From positions 1 to 23,613 of the forward strand of contig BTVV01000100.1 of assembly GCA_045863855.1 (NCBI GenBank): 23,613 nucleotides of DNA, in the 5' to 3' direction. The position numbers and the translations under genes are program-made. Numbering within the stretch: position 1 is the stretch's first letter; the number at the start of each line of letters is the position of its first letter. The notes under the pieces were generated by a model. It was given only the letters and a program-made list of their open reading frames with translations, searched no databases and was not told the DNA's origin. Below, piece after piece: positions 1-8,202 of this stretch. This stretch comes from Planctomycetota bacterium (GTDB taxonomy: Bacteria; Planctomycetota; SZUA-567; H5-PLA8).

Positions 1-2
1 AC

Positions 3-2153
3 CGGCTGGTGCGGCAGCAGCGCATCCTGCGCCAGGCGCGGTTGAGCATGCCGCTGGTCATCGGGGGCTGGGGCACACGCGGAAAATCGGGAACCGAACG
101 CTGCAAGGCGGCGTTGTTCCACGCGTATGGCGCGGAGGTATTCTGCAAGACGACCGGCTGCGAAGCGATGTTCATACATGCGCCGCCGAACCAGCCCGCA
201 GAGGAACTGTTTCTCTTCCGCCCGCTGGACAAGGTCAGCATCTGGGAGCAGATGACGGTACTTACCACCGCCGCGCGGCTCAACAGCCAAGTCTTCCTCT
301 ACGAATGCATGGCGCTTAACCCGCGCTACGTGAACGTGCTCCAGCACGGCTGGATGAAGGACGACGTCTCGACGCTGACGAACGCGTACCCCGACCACGA
401 GGACATCCAGGGCCCGGCGGGCTTCAACGTCGCAGAGGTGATCGGGAATTTCGTACCTCACCACACGGTCTGCTGGACGGCGGAGCAGCAGATGCTCCCG
501 ATTCTGAATCGCAAGGCGCGCGAGCGGCACACCGAACTTGTCGCGCACCCGTGGCTCGACGCGGCCATGATCACCGACGACTTGCTGGATCGATTCCCTT
601 ACCGCGAGCATCCCAACAACCTCGCGATGGTCGAAGGCATGGGCCGGCACCTGGGGGTGAGCAGCGATTTCATTTTCAAGGAGGTTGCGGACTGGCTGGT
701 GCCCGACTTGGGGGTGCTGCGCACCTATCCAACCGTTCGCTACCGCGGGCGAGCGGTCTACTTCAGCAACGGGATGTCGGCGAACGAGCGGCGCGGAACG
801 CTCGATAACTGGCGGCGCCTAGGCTTCTACGACCACAACACGCGCGACCAGCCCACCGAATGGGTGATCGGCGTAGTGAACAATCGCGCCGACCGTATTC
901 CGCGCAGCAAGGTCTTCGCCGGGATCATCGTAAACGACATCGCCGCGCATCGTTTCTTCTTCATTGGCTCGAATCTGAAAGGAATGCTGGGCTACATCGA
1001 GGAATCGATGGAAGCCAATCAAGAACAATGGGACTTGTTGCGCGAGCCCGGGCCGCAGGCGGTGCGCGGAAAGGTGGAACGCGACCTGGAGCAGATGAAG
1101 TTTACGTGCCGGCGTCCGGGCGACTTGGATCGGGTGATGCCGACCATGCTGAGCGGTTGCGGCTTCGACGAAGAGGCCGCGAAAGCGCTGCTGGAGGCGC
1201 CCGAATGGAAGGCGCTCACGGCCGCGGCCGAGCGGATCTCGGCCACTTCCGCCGAACGCCAGGAGGACGCTCTCGAATCGGCCTGGCAGGAAGCCGGCAA
1301 GGCGTTCGTCGCCAAGCTCGAAGGCGCCTGGGACCAGACCGCGCAGGAGACGCGCGAAGAACACGACCGCACGCAGCCGGACGATCTGATTCCGTTTCTG
1401 CGCACGTACTGGAAGCGCATGAAAAGCGCGCTCTCGATGCAGCAGCAGATCGAGGCGGCGCTGCAAGGCGGCGGCCTTTCGGCGCAGATCAATCGGGAGT
1501 ACATAGCCTTTATGCGCCAGGCGCTGCGCAGCCGACTGGTGGTGATCTGGGACTATTACGCGACGGGCGACCAAATTATCCGGCGCATCTTGGAAGAAGT
1601 GCCTCCGGGGCATACCGCGCATCTGTGCGGCCTGCAGAACATCAAAGGAACCGGGCTCGATTTCGCGTACCGCTGGGTGGACCTGATGAAGATCCAGCAA
1701 TACGCGGAAAAGCTGGCCGCGCCGCAACCCGAAACGCGCGCCGCCGCGGTGACCAACTTGGCGTTCTATTCCGGTTATCACTATTGGGATGGATTGCTCG
1801 CTCTGGCGGCCCTGAAGCAAGCGCTGCGCACTCCGCTGTACGAAGACGCCAAGTCGCGACAGGCGGCCGAACAGGCGATCGAGCGCGTTCGCGAAGGCAT
1901 CTCCGCAGCCAAAGCCAAGATGGCCGGCGGCCAGCAGAAAGGCGCTTGGTACGACCCGCTGGTTGGCGCGATCGAGCCCGTGCTGGATGTGTACGACAGC
2001 ATCTATCGCCGGCGCACGTACGACCGCTTGATCGAGGACATCGTCCACTTGCGCATCTCGCACCCGCGCGCGGCGGAGGAGTTGCGCAATCTGGTGGAGC
2101 GCCAGAAAGGCGGTTGGTTGAAAAAGGCGATGCGAAAGAAGAGCGGTAGTTAG
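3..2153 (+). CDS. pgsB: PgsB/CapB-like poly-gamma-glutamate synthase (Mur-ligase/FolC superfamily), extended form, 5'-truncated by the window edge
   Basis: Frame is open from base 3 to TAG at 2151-2153. PgsB-type motifs appear in order: P-loop GWGTRGKSGTER, KTTG, ECMALNP, TNAYPDHEDIQG, NGMSANE, NNRADRIPRS, GLQNIKG. There is a long helical insertion and a helical C-terminal extension. Confidence 0.85.
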   Translation, partial: RLVRQQRILRQARLSMPLVIGGWGTRGKSGTERCKAALFHAYGAEVFCKTTGCEAMFIHAPPNQPAEELFLFRPLDKVSIWEQMTVLTTAARLNSQVFLYECMALNPRYVNVLQHGWMKDDVSTLTNAYPDHEDIQGPAGFNVAEVIGNFVPHHTVCWTAEQQMLPILNRKARERHTELVAHPWLDAAMITDDLLDRFPYREHPNNLAMVEGMGRHLGVSSDFIFKEVADWLVPDLGVLRTYPTVRYRGRAVYFSNGMSANERRGTLDNWRRLGFYDHNTRDQPTEWVIGVVNNRADRIPRSKVFAGIIVNDIAAHRFFFIGSNLKGMLGYIEESMEANQEQWDLLREPGPQAVRGKVERDLEQMKFTCRRPGDLDRVMPTMLSGCGFDEEAAKALLEAPEWKALTAAAERISATSAERQEDALESAWQEAGKAFVAKLEGAWDQTAQETREEHDRTQPDDLIPFLRTYWKRMKSALSMQQQIEAALQGGGLSAQINREYIAFMRQALRSRLVVIWDYYATGDQIIRRILEEVPPGHTAHLCGLQNIKGTGLDFAYRWVDLMKIQQYAEKLAAPQPETRAAAVTNLAFYSGYHYWDGLLALAALKQALRTPLYEDAKSRQAAEQAIERVREGISAAKAKMAGGQQKGAWYDPLVGAIEPVLDVYDSIYRRRTYDRLIEDIVHLRISHPRAAEELRNLVERQKGGWLKKAMRKKSGS

Positions 2154-2157
2154 TCCG

Positions 2158-2430
2158 TTACGCGACGGCCGCATGCTGCGGACCGCTGCGGCGCTTCTGG
2201 AGCAAGTCCTTCAACGCCTGAACCTGTTCGCCGAGTACCGAGCGCTGGAAATCCGAGCGGTCGGCGGCCGCGCGCAAGGTCGTGTTCTCGTGCTGCAGTT
2301 CGTGGACCTTCACCAACAACATGCGCAGCATCGCTTGAGCGGCGGCGGGATCGCTGGGAGGAACCTGCAATTCGGCAGCTTGGGCGGCGTGAGCTTCAGG
2401 CGCTTGGGGGTATCCGTAGGCTGCGTACAT
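2158..2430 (-). CDS. Small (~90 aa) hypothetical coiled-coil protein
   Basis: ATG at 2430 follows a strong Shine-Dalgarno (AGAGGAGGacacaaccATG on the minus strand). Heptad-like segment LLVKVHELQHENTTLRAAADRSDFQRSVLGEQVQALKDLLQK. Convergent with pgsB, 4 nt apart. The ORF-track start at 2487 overlaps the predicted promoter. Confidence 0.7.
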   Translation of the reverse strand: MYAAYGYPQAPEAHAAQAAELQVPPSDPAAAQAMLRMLLVKVHELQHENTTLRAAADRSDFQRSVLGEQVQALKDLLQKRRSGPQHAAVA

Positions 2431-2463
2431 GGTTGTGTCCTCCTCTTTCACGGGTGGCCTTAG

Positions 2464-2479
2464 AGCAAGGATTTGGCCA
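2464..2479 (-). promoter_or_regulatory. Putative sigma54 (-24/-12) promoter of the small coiled-coil gene
   Basis: Minus strand reads TGGCCAAATCCTTGCT, matching TGGCACG-N4-TTGCW with exact GG-N10-GC spacing. It implies a start site near 2453, just upstream of the RBS. Confidence 0.65.
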
Positions 2480-2551
2480 AGTACCATAAACTTTTAAATA
2501 CTTAAGCACCAACATCTTACGAATTTGACTTCTAGTTGACTGAAGTCCTTG

Positions 2552-2582
2552 GTCCAGGATTTATCGTCTAGAGTCCAGGATT
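2552..2582. repeat. Direct repeat GTCCAGGATT x2, candidate regulator binding sites
   Basis: Copies at 2552-2561 and 2573-2582, a 21-bp period (two helical turns), within an AT-rich intergenic region. Confidence 0.45.
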
Positions 2583-2757
2583 AGAGTAGGCGGAGGTCCA
2601 AAAGCAGTATTGATTGTGCAGCACGATGTAAAGCTATACATATCGTAAGACAAAATACGTCACTTTATTTCGTTTGTGACAAAATTAGTCAATATGTCAT
2701 TATTTTTGTTCGCACAATGTGACAAGGTCTTCCCAAGCCTCTCCCTAAGCCGCCTTT

Positions 2758-2773
2758 GTCCAGCTTTGTGGAC
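2758..2773. promoter_or_regulatory. Palindrome GTCCA-N6-TGGAC, candidate enhancer (UAS)
   Basis: GTCCAgctttgTGGAC lies about 100 bp upstream of the predicted sigma54 start site and upstream of the IHF site. Confidence 0.4.
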
Positions 2774-2789
2774 TCATGGGAATTAATTT

Positions 2790-2802
2790 TAAATCATTGA
2801 TA
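2790..2802 (-). promoter_or_regulatory. IHF consensus binding site
   Basis: Minus strand TATCAATGATTTA is a perfect match to WATCAANNNNTTR, in AT-rich context between the candidate UAS and the promoter. Confidence 0.55.
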
Positions 2803-2842
2803 TCAAAAGGATTAACGAAGCCCAATCCTAGTACCCGGACAT

Positions 2843-2858
2843 TGGCATCCGGATTGTT
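2843..2858 (+). promoter_or_regulatory. Putative sigma54 promoter of the FG-GAP gene
   Basis: TGGCATCCGGATTGTT has the -24 TGGCA element and a correctly spaced TTG, but GT replaces GC at -12. Confidence 0.45.
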
Positions 2859-2916
2859 GTACAGAGTGCAGAGCGAAGTGCAAAATACCTGTGCAGAGAA
2901 GTTTACGGAGAAAGTC

Positions 2917-5391
2917 ATGCACCACCGAACGAACATCCTGAGCGCGCTCATCTTCGCGACGGTGAGTTTCGTAGCCACCGAAGTAAGCGCCGCGTCGAGC
3001 ACTGCCACGAGCAAGGTGGAGTTCAGGCCTTCGCACTTCACGAAGCTTCCCAGCGAACTGACGGGCATTTCGGTGGGTTCGCTGGCTTGGGGCGATTACG
3101 ACAACGACGGCGACCTGGACCTGGTGCTGGCGGGCTGGACGGGCTCGAAGCGGATCTGCAAGATCTACCGGAATGACGGCGGGAAGTTCACGGATATCGG
3201 TGCGGCGCTGGAGCCGGTTTCGTACTGCACGACGATCTGGGCGGATTACGACAACGACGGCGACCTGGACTTGTTCACGGGCGGCCGCGCGACGAACCCG
3301 AGCACGACGAAGAACCTGATCAGCAACGGCAGCTTCGAAGAGCCGGTGATCACGCATGCGGCCGGCTGGTACGTGTACGGCTCGGGGCGGCTAAACGGCT
3401 GGAACGTGCGCTGGGTCCACGATGTACAGCGCGTCTCGCCGATCCTGGCGGCCACGGGCCCGGTCCTGGAACTCCAAAAGAGCGGTGTGCTTCCGGGTAT
3501 CGCGGCGGCAGCCGGAAACCAGTACGCGGAACTGGATTCGGATACGGAAGGCCCGGACCACGGCGGTGAAGACCTCCTGCCGACGGTGGCGATCGCGCAG
3601 ACGGTCGAGTCGATTCCTTCGACGTACTACAACCTTAAGTGGAAGGTTCGCGCCCGGCCGGGCAACTGGGGCACGCAGACGCTGCGCGTCTCGGTGAACG
3701 ACGCGGTGGTCTTCGAAGGTGCGGCGCCGGCGGACTGGACGGAAATGACCAAGCGCATTTACTGCCGCACGGACGAATTGAAGGTCGAGTTCGCGGACAT
3801 GGGCGATGCGAACAGCTACGGGGTGCTGCTGGACGACGTGCGCCTGACGAACGAAGGCGGACGCGAGCGCCGGATCAGCAAGCTGTACCGCAACGAGAAC
3901 GGCACCTTCGTGGACAGCGGGATCAAGTTCCCCGGCCTTTGGTTCGCTTCGGCGGCTTGGGCGGACATGGACAACGACGGCGATCCGGACCTGGCGATCA
4001 GCGGCACGACGTACGCGGGCCGCACGTGCAGCGTGTGGCGCAACGACAAGACCACCTTCACCAACATCGGCGCGGAGATGACGGGCTTCTCGAGCGGCTG
4101 CGTGAGCTGGGGCGATGTGGACAGTGACGGGGACGTGGATTTGGCGGCCTCGGGCTGGACGGGTGAAGACAAGTTCGTGGCGCTGTACAAGAACGAAGGC
4201 GGCACGTTCTCGAACTCGGGCACGAGCCTGGAGCCCGTCTCCTTCTGCTCGCTGGCCTGGGGCGACTACGACAACGACGGCTGGCTGGATCTGGCGCTGG
4301 CCGGCCGCGGCGACCCGGTTCTCGATATCCGCCACGCCTACATCTATAAGAACAGGGGCGGCACGCTCTACGCGGCGGATAAGACATCGCTGACACCGAT
4401 CTCGAGCTGCACGCTGGCTTGGGGCGACTTCGACAACGACGGCGACCTGGACCTGGGCGCGGTGGGCTGGACGGGCGAGCGGCGCATGTGCCGCGTCTAC
4501 CGCAACGACCGCAGGGAATTCCTGGATCTGGAAGCCGAACTGGAAGGGGTCTCGTACCGCAACGGCGCGCTGGCCTGGGGCGACCTGGATAACGATAGCG
4601 ACCTGGATTTCGTGGTGGCCGGCAACAGCACGAACGAAGAAGAAGACACGGTGAAGGTCGCGCGCTTCTACCGCAACGACGGCCCGTTCGCGAATAAGCC
4701 CCCGATCGCTCCTGTCAAGCTCTGGGCGCAACAGCAGAAGGATGGCTCCGTCGCCTTCTCCTGGTCACGCGGCAGCGATGAGCAGACGCAGGTTCGTGGC
4801 CTGACCTACAATCTGCGCGTGGGCACGGCTTCGGGCAAGGATGACATCGTGGCCAGCCATAGCGATATGCGCTCGGGCGTGCGCAAGCTGGCGGCGATGG
4901 GCAACATTCAGTCGGGCATGACTTGGTCGCTGCGCGGGGTTCGGCCCGGCGTGTACTATGCGTCGGTGCAGGCGGTCGATACCTCGTTCAAAGGCTCGGC
5001 CTGGAGCGCGGAAGTCGAGTTCAAGGTGCTTTCGCCGAATACGGCCCCGGCCTTCGAGAGCCAGCCCTATGCAAAAGCCTCTGTCCTGACGCTACCGGTC
5101 TTGTCAACCGACCTGTACGCGATCGCGGAAGACGCGGAAAACGACAAGCTGACCTACACGTGGGAGGCGGTAAAGGCCAGCGGGAAGGTCTTCTTTGGGG
5201 ACACGAATGGGACGACGAACGGTTGGAAGGTGAGCGCCCGCTTCACCGGCAAAGGCACGTTTACGGTACGGGTCAAGGTGAGCGATGGCCGCGAAGTGGT
5301 GTACAGCGAAACGCTGACGATCACGGTGCTCGCGTCGAGCAACAATAATAATAAGAGCGATAAGGCTTCGAGGTCGGCGGAAGACTACTAA
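2917..5391 (+). CDS. Secreted FG-GAP/VCBS seven-repeat beta-propeller protein with an inserted carbohydrate-binding-like domain, an FN3-like domain and a C-terminal PKD/Ig-like domain (~824 aa)
   Basis: ATG 2917 follows GGAG at 2907-2910. Signal peptide MHHRTNILSALIFATVSFVATEVSA. Seven W(G/A)DxD(N/S)D(G/S)xxD repeats. NLISNGSFEEP...LLDDVRLT insert. PPIAP...TYNLRVGT...YYASVQAVD is FN3-like, and LTYTW...GTFTVRVKVSDG is PKD-like. Confidence 0.88.
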   Translation: MHHRTNILSALIFATVSFVATEVSAASSTATSKVEFRPSHFTKLPSELTGISVGSLAWGDYDNDGDLDLVLAGWTGSKRICKIYRNDGGKFTDIGAALEPVSYCTTIWADYDNDGDLDLFTGGRATNPSTTKNLISNGSFEEPVITHAAGWYVYGSGRLNGWNVRWVHDVQRVSPILAATGPVLELQKSGVLPGIAAAAGNQYAELDSDTEGPDHGGEDLLPTVAIAQTVESIPSTYYNLKWKVRARPGNWGTQTLRVSVNDAVVFEGAAPADWTEMTKRIYCRTDELKVEFADMGDANSYGVLLDDVRLTNEGGRERRISKLYRNENGTFVDSGIKFPGLWFASAAWADMDNDGDPDLAISGTTYAGRTCSVWRNDKTTFTNIGAEMTGFSSGCVSWGDVDSDGDVDLAASGWTGEDKFVALYKNEGGTFSNSGTSLEPVSFCSLAWGDYDNDGWLDLALAGRGDPVLDIRHAYIYKNRGGTLYAADKTSLTPISSCTLAWGDFDNDGDLDLGAVGWTGERRMCRVYRNDRREFLDLEAELEGVSYRNGALAWGDLDNDSDLDFVVAGNSTNEEEDTVKVARFYRNDGPFANKPPIAPVKLWAQQQKDGSVAFSWSRGSDEQTQVRGLTYNLRVGTASGKDDIVASHSDMRSGVRKLAAMGNIQSGMTWSLRGVRPGVYYASVQAVDTSFKGSAWSAEVEFKVLSPNTAPAFESQPYAKASVLTLPVLSTDLYAIAEDAENDKLTYTWEAVKASGKVFFGDTNGTTNGWKVSARFTGKGTFTVRVKVSDGREVVYSETLTITVLASSNNNNKSDKASRSAEDY

Positions 5392-5445
5392 CCGGACCGG
5401 GGCAGCCAGGCCCGCTTGGCAGAGCGGCTTGGGCGGTGGCTGGAG

Positions 5446-5489
5446 AGCAGCCGCGGATGGCCGACAGGCCCCGCGGCTGCTGATGTTTT
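5446..5489 (+). terminator. Putative terminator hairpin downstream of the FG-GAP gene
   Basis: AGCAGCCGCGG (5446-5456) pairs with CCGCGGCTGCT (5471-5481), with an inner GGCC-gaca-GGCC. Only a weak T tract (gatgtttt) follows. Confidence 0.4.
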
Positions 5490-5610
5490 GGAAACGAATA
5501 CCTAAGCCGATTGACGCAAAGCGGTTAAAATGAAGGTGTAGGATCGGGCGGCGTCGGTTTCGGACCGGACCGACCCGAAAAGCCCGGCGCCGCGGGAGCA
5601 GACCAGGTTC

Positions 5611-7632
5611 ATGGCGGAATCCGTACCGGTACAGAGAAGCCCTTCTTCCGCACCTTCGGATGGGGCCGAATCGGCTTTGCCGGCCGGGCACGATCCCGCT
5701 CGGATCGGCGCGTACCGGATCGTCCGCCGCTTGGGCTTGGGCGGAATGGGCATCGTCTACGAGGCGCTTGACGCCGAACTGAATCGCCGCGTCGCGCTCA
5801 AACTGCTTTCGACCGCCTCCGCCACCACCCCTCAAGTCGACCGCTTTCTCTTCGAAGCGCGCACCGTCGCGGCGCTCAACAATCCCCACATCGTCCAGGT
5901 CTTCGGCGTCGGTAAGCACGCCGACCAGCCGTACTTTGCAATGGAGTTGGTCGAAGGCCGCGAGTTGGAAGCGATTTTGGGCGATCCGGAGCATCCGCTG
6001 ACGATCGCCGAGGGTGTCGCCATAGTTATCGCCTGCGTCCGCGCGCTCGTCGCTGCACAGGACCATGGAATCGTGCACCGCGACATCAAGCCCGCGAACA
6101 TCATGATTTCGCGCCAAGGCATCGTAAAGGTGATGGACTTCGGCTTGGCCAAGGCCGGCAGCCTCTCCACTTCGCTGACCACGGAAGGCCAGATTCTGGG
6201 CACGCCCGATTACATTTCGCCCGAACAGGCTTCGGGCGGTCAGGTCGATACGCGCTCGGACATGTACAGCCTGGGATGCGTACTGTACCGCTGCCTGACC
6301 GGCCGCAAGCCGTTCGTGGCCGAGACGCCTATGGAAGTGATCTGCTGCCACGTATTGCACGAGCCCGAGCCGATCCGAACGCTGAACCCGGCTGTCCCGT
6401 TCGCGCTTTCCTCCATTAACGAGCGGATGATGGCGAAGGATCCCGAGTTGCGTTTCTCGTCTCAGCGCGAGCTGCTGGAGGCGCTCGAGAATTTCTTGAC
6501 GCAGATCGCCGACTACAAGCTGCCGGGCCAGGAATTGGAAGTGGATCTGGCTTGGCACGCCCAGGATCCCACGGGCCGCCCGGCTCGAAAACTGAAGTTG
6601 CAGCGCAAGACCGTTGCGGCCGGTCCGTCGCGCATGCTGGTGGGCCAGTTGCTCAAGATCAGCGGCGCGTCCACAAGCGCGCCGCGCACCGTGGACCGCG
6701 GCTTGACCGCGCAGGAGTTGGCTTCGCGGGCCGACCAGCGCTACCGCCACGCGGGATTCGGGCTCCTGCATCTGGTGGGTCTGCTGGCGCTGGCCGGACT
6801 GCTGGGCGGAGGCGGCTACCTGGCTTGGCGCAGCGGGCAGTCGGCGGGGCCCGAAGCCGAAGTGGCGCTCTTCCGCTATCAGCCGGAAAAACTCCAGCGG
6901 CACCTGCCCGAAGGCTGGACGCTCGAGCGCGTGGCGCGGCACGGCGAGGCGCTCGACCTGCATGAAGGACGCCTGCTCGAATCGGGCGTTTACGAACTGA
7001 GCTTCCGCGGCCCCGAAGACCGCGCGGTCACGACCACGGTCTCGTGGAGCGCCGACGGAATCGTACCGGCGCCGGCTCCCGCCCTATTTGCGCCGATTCA
7101 AGCGGGAGACTCGTCCGGTCCGGCACCGTCCCAACCGGCCGCGCCAGCGGACCCTCGCACGCCGCAGGCCGGCATCGCCGCGGGCCGCTTATCCGCGGAC
7201 GCCGTGGGTTGGACGAACGGCGTGCGGGAAGATTGGGGCGGCAGAACCGGTGTACGCGTGGCGCAGGGCACTCCGGTTTCACCCGCGGGTCTGCGCGGCA
7301 ACCTGGAGTCCCTTGGGCTGCTCAAGATCGAATCAGGCGGCGGCCTGAAGCTCGACGTTCGCCTGAAAGGCGCCACGCGGATTACCATTCAGCTCTATTG
7401 TCCCGCTCGCGGAGAAGTGTTTTGCGCTACGCGCGAGGTGGCCTCCGAAAAGTGGGTTTCGTTGGCTTGGACCTGGACCGAATTCAAGAGTTTGGGGGGC
7501 AACCAGAGCTTGGCCGCAGGCGACCTGATCTCGCAGATCGGTGTCTTTTCGGTCGTAGAGGATGGACCTTCAGCCGAAGACCTGCGCGAGGGAACCCAAA
7601 TCGGCGTGTCCGATTGTGTTTGGGGCCTCTAA
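5611..7632 (+). CDS. Membrane-anchored Hanks-type Ser/Thr protein kinase with extracytoplasmic domain
   Basis: Motifs LGLGGMGIVY, VALK, HRDIKPAN, DFG, GTPDYISPE. TM segment LLHLVGLLALAGLLGGGGYLAW, then a Pro/Ala linker and a beta-rich C-terminal domain. Confidence 0.92.
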   Translation: MAESVPVQRSPSSAPSDGAESALPAGHDPARIGAYRIVRRLGLGGMGIVYEALDAELNRRVALKLLSTASATTPQVDRFLFEARTVAALNNPHIVQVFGVGKHADQPYFAMELVEGRELEAILGDPEHPLTIAEGVAIVIACVRALVAAQDHGIVHRDIKPANIMISRQGIVKVMDFGLAKAGSLSTSLTTEGQILGTPDYISPEQASGGQVDTRSDMYSLGCVLYRCLTGRKPFVAETPMEVICCHVLHEPEPIRTLNPAVPFALSSINERMMAKDPELRFSSQRELLEALENFLTQIADYKLPGQELEVDLAWHAQDPTGRPARKLKLQRKTVAAGPSRMLVGQLLKISGASTSAPRTVDRGLTAQELASRADQRYRHAGFGLLHLVGLLALAGLLGGGGYLAWRSGQSAGPEAEVALFRYQPEKLQRHLPEGWTLERVARHGEALDLHEGRLLESGVYELSFRGPEDRAVTTTVSWSADGIVPAPAPALFAPIQAGDSSGPAPSQPAAPADPRTPQAGIAAGRLSADAVGWTNGVREDWGGRTGVRVAQGTPVSPAGLRGNLESLGLLKIESGGGLKLDVRLKGATRITIQLYCPARGEVFCATREVASEKWVSLAWTWTEFKSLGGNQSLAAGDLISQIGVFSVVEDGPSAEDLREGTQIGVSDCVWGL

Positions 7633-7782
7633 TCCATGGTGCATACATGCCCAAAAAATGCCGAAACCTAGGTATGGAATAAGTCATTTCAGGAAGCTTG
7701 GACGGCCTCGGCTTACACTAGGTAAGTTGTTGAAGTCCAGGATGTTGCGGATAAAAGTAGGGATCGAAAGAGGTTCGTCTCC

Positions 7783-8187
7783 ATGGCTGCCAGGCCTTCC
7801 GATCTTCACCTGTTGTGCGTTGAAGATCACAAACCGCTCGCCAAGGTAATTCAGCTCACTTTTGAGCACGAGGGGTTTCACGTTCATATGGCTCACCGTG
7901 GCGAGATGGTGCTGGAGATGGCACGCCAGATCCGCCCCGCACTAATCCTGCTGGACGTGATGATGCCGGGGATGGACGGGTTTCAAATCCTGAAAGCTCT
8001 GCAACAGGACGAGGTACTCAAGCACATTCCGGTCATCATGTGTACCGCGCGGGATACCGCAGAAGACCGCAGCTTGGCGCTGGAAGCCGGAGCCAAGGAC
8101 TACATCTCGAAACCTTACGACAAAGCCGATTTGGTGGCCCGCGTTCGCCTCGCCCTGAACCGCCCCGAACAAACCTGCCCACGGTAA
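7783..8187 (+). CDS. Single-domain response regulator (receiver)
   Basis: VED acidic pair, phospho-acceptor Asp in LLDVMMPGMDG, conserved Thr (MCTA) and KP. AGAGG RBS upstream. No output domain. Confidence 0.93.
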   Translation: MAARPSDLHLLCVEDHKPLAKVIQLTFEHEGFHVHMAHRGEMVLEMARQIRPALILLDVMMPGMDGFQILKALQQDEVLKHIPVIMCTARDTAEDRSLALEAGAKDYISKPYDKADLVARVRLALNRPEQTCPR

Positions 8188-8202
8188 GGTAGGCGCGATC
8201 AC

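Noticed and set aside
2776..2916. ORF-track N-terminal extension of the FG-GAP protein
   Set aside because: It overlaps the IHF site and predicted promoter and would bury the signal peptide; ATG 2917 has an RBS.
3080..4625. Recurrent DNA repeat (ggcgactacgacaacgacggcgacctggac-like) as possible CRISPR array
   Set aside because: Copies are degenerate at synonymous positions, in frame and ~150 nt or more apart; they encode FG-GAP repeats. No cas genes are present.
5511..5544. TTGACG with TAAAAT or TAGGAT as a sigma70 promoter for the first kinase
   Set aside because: Spacers are 9 and 22 bp, incompatible with the usual 16-18 bp.
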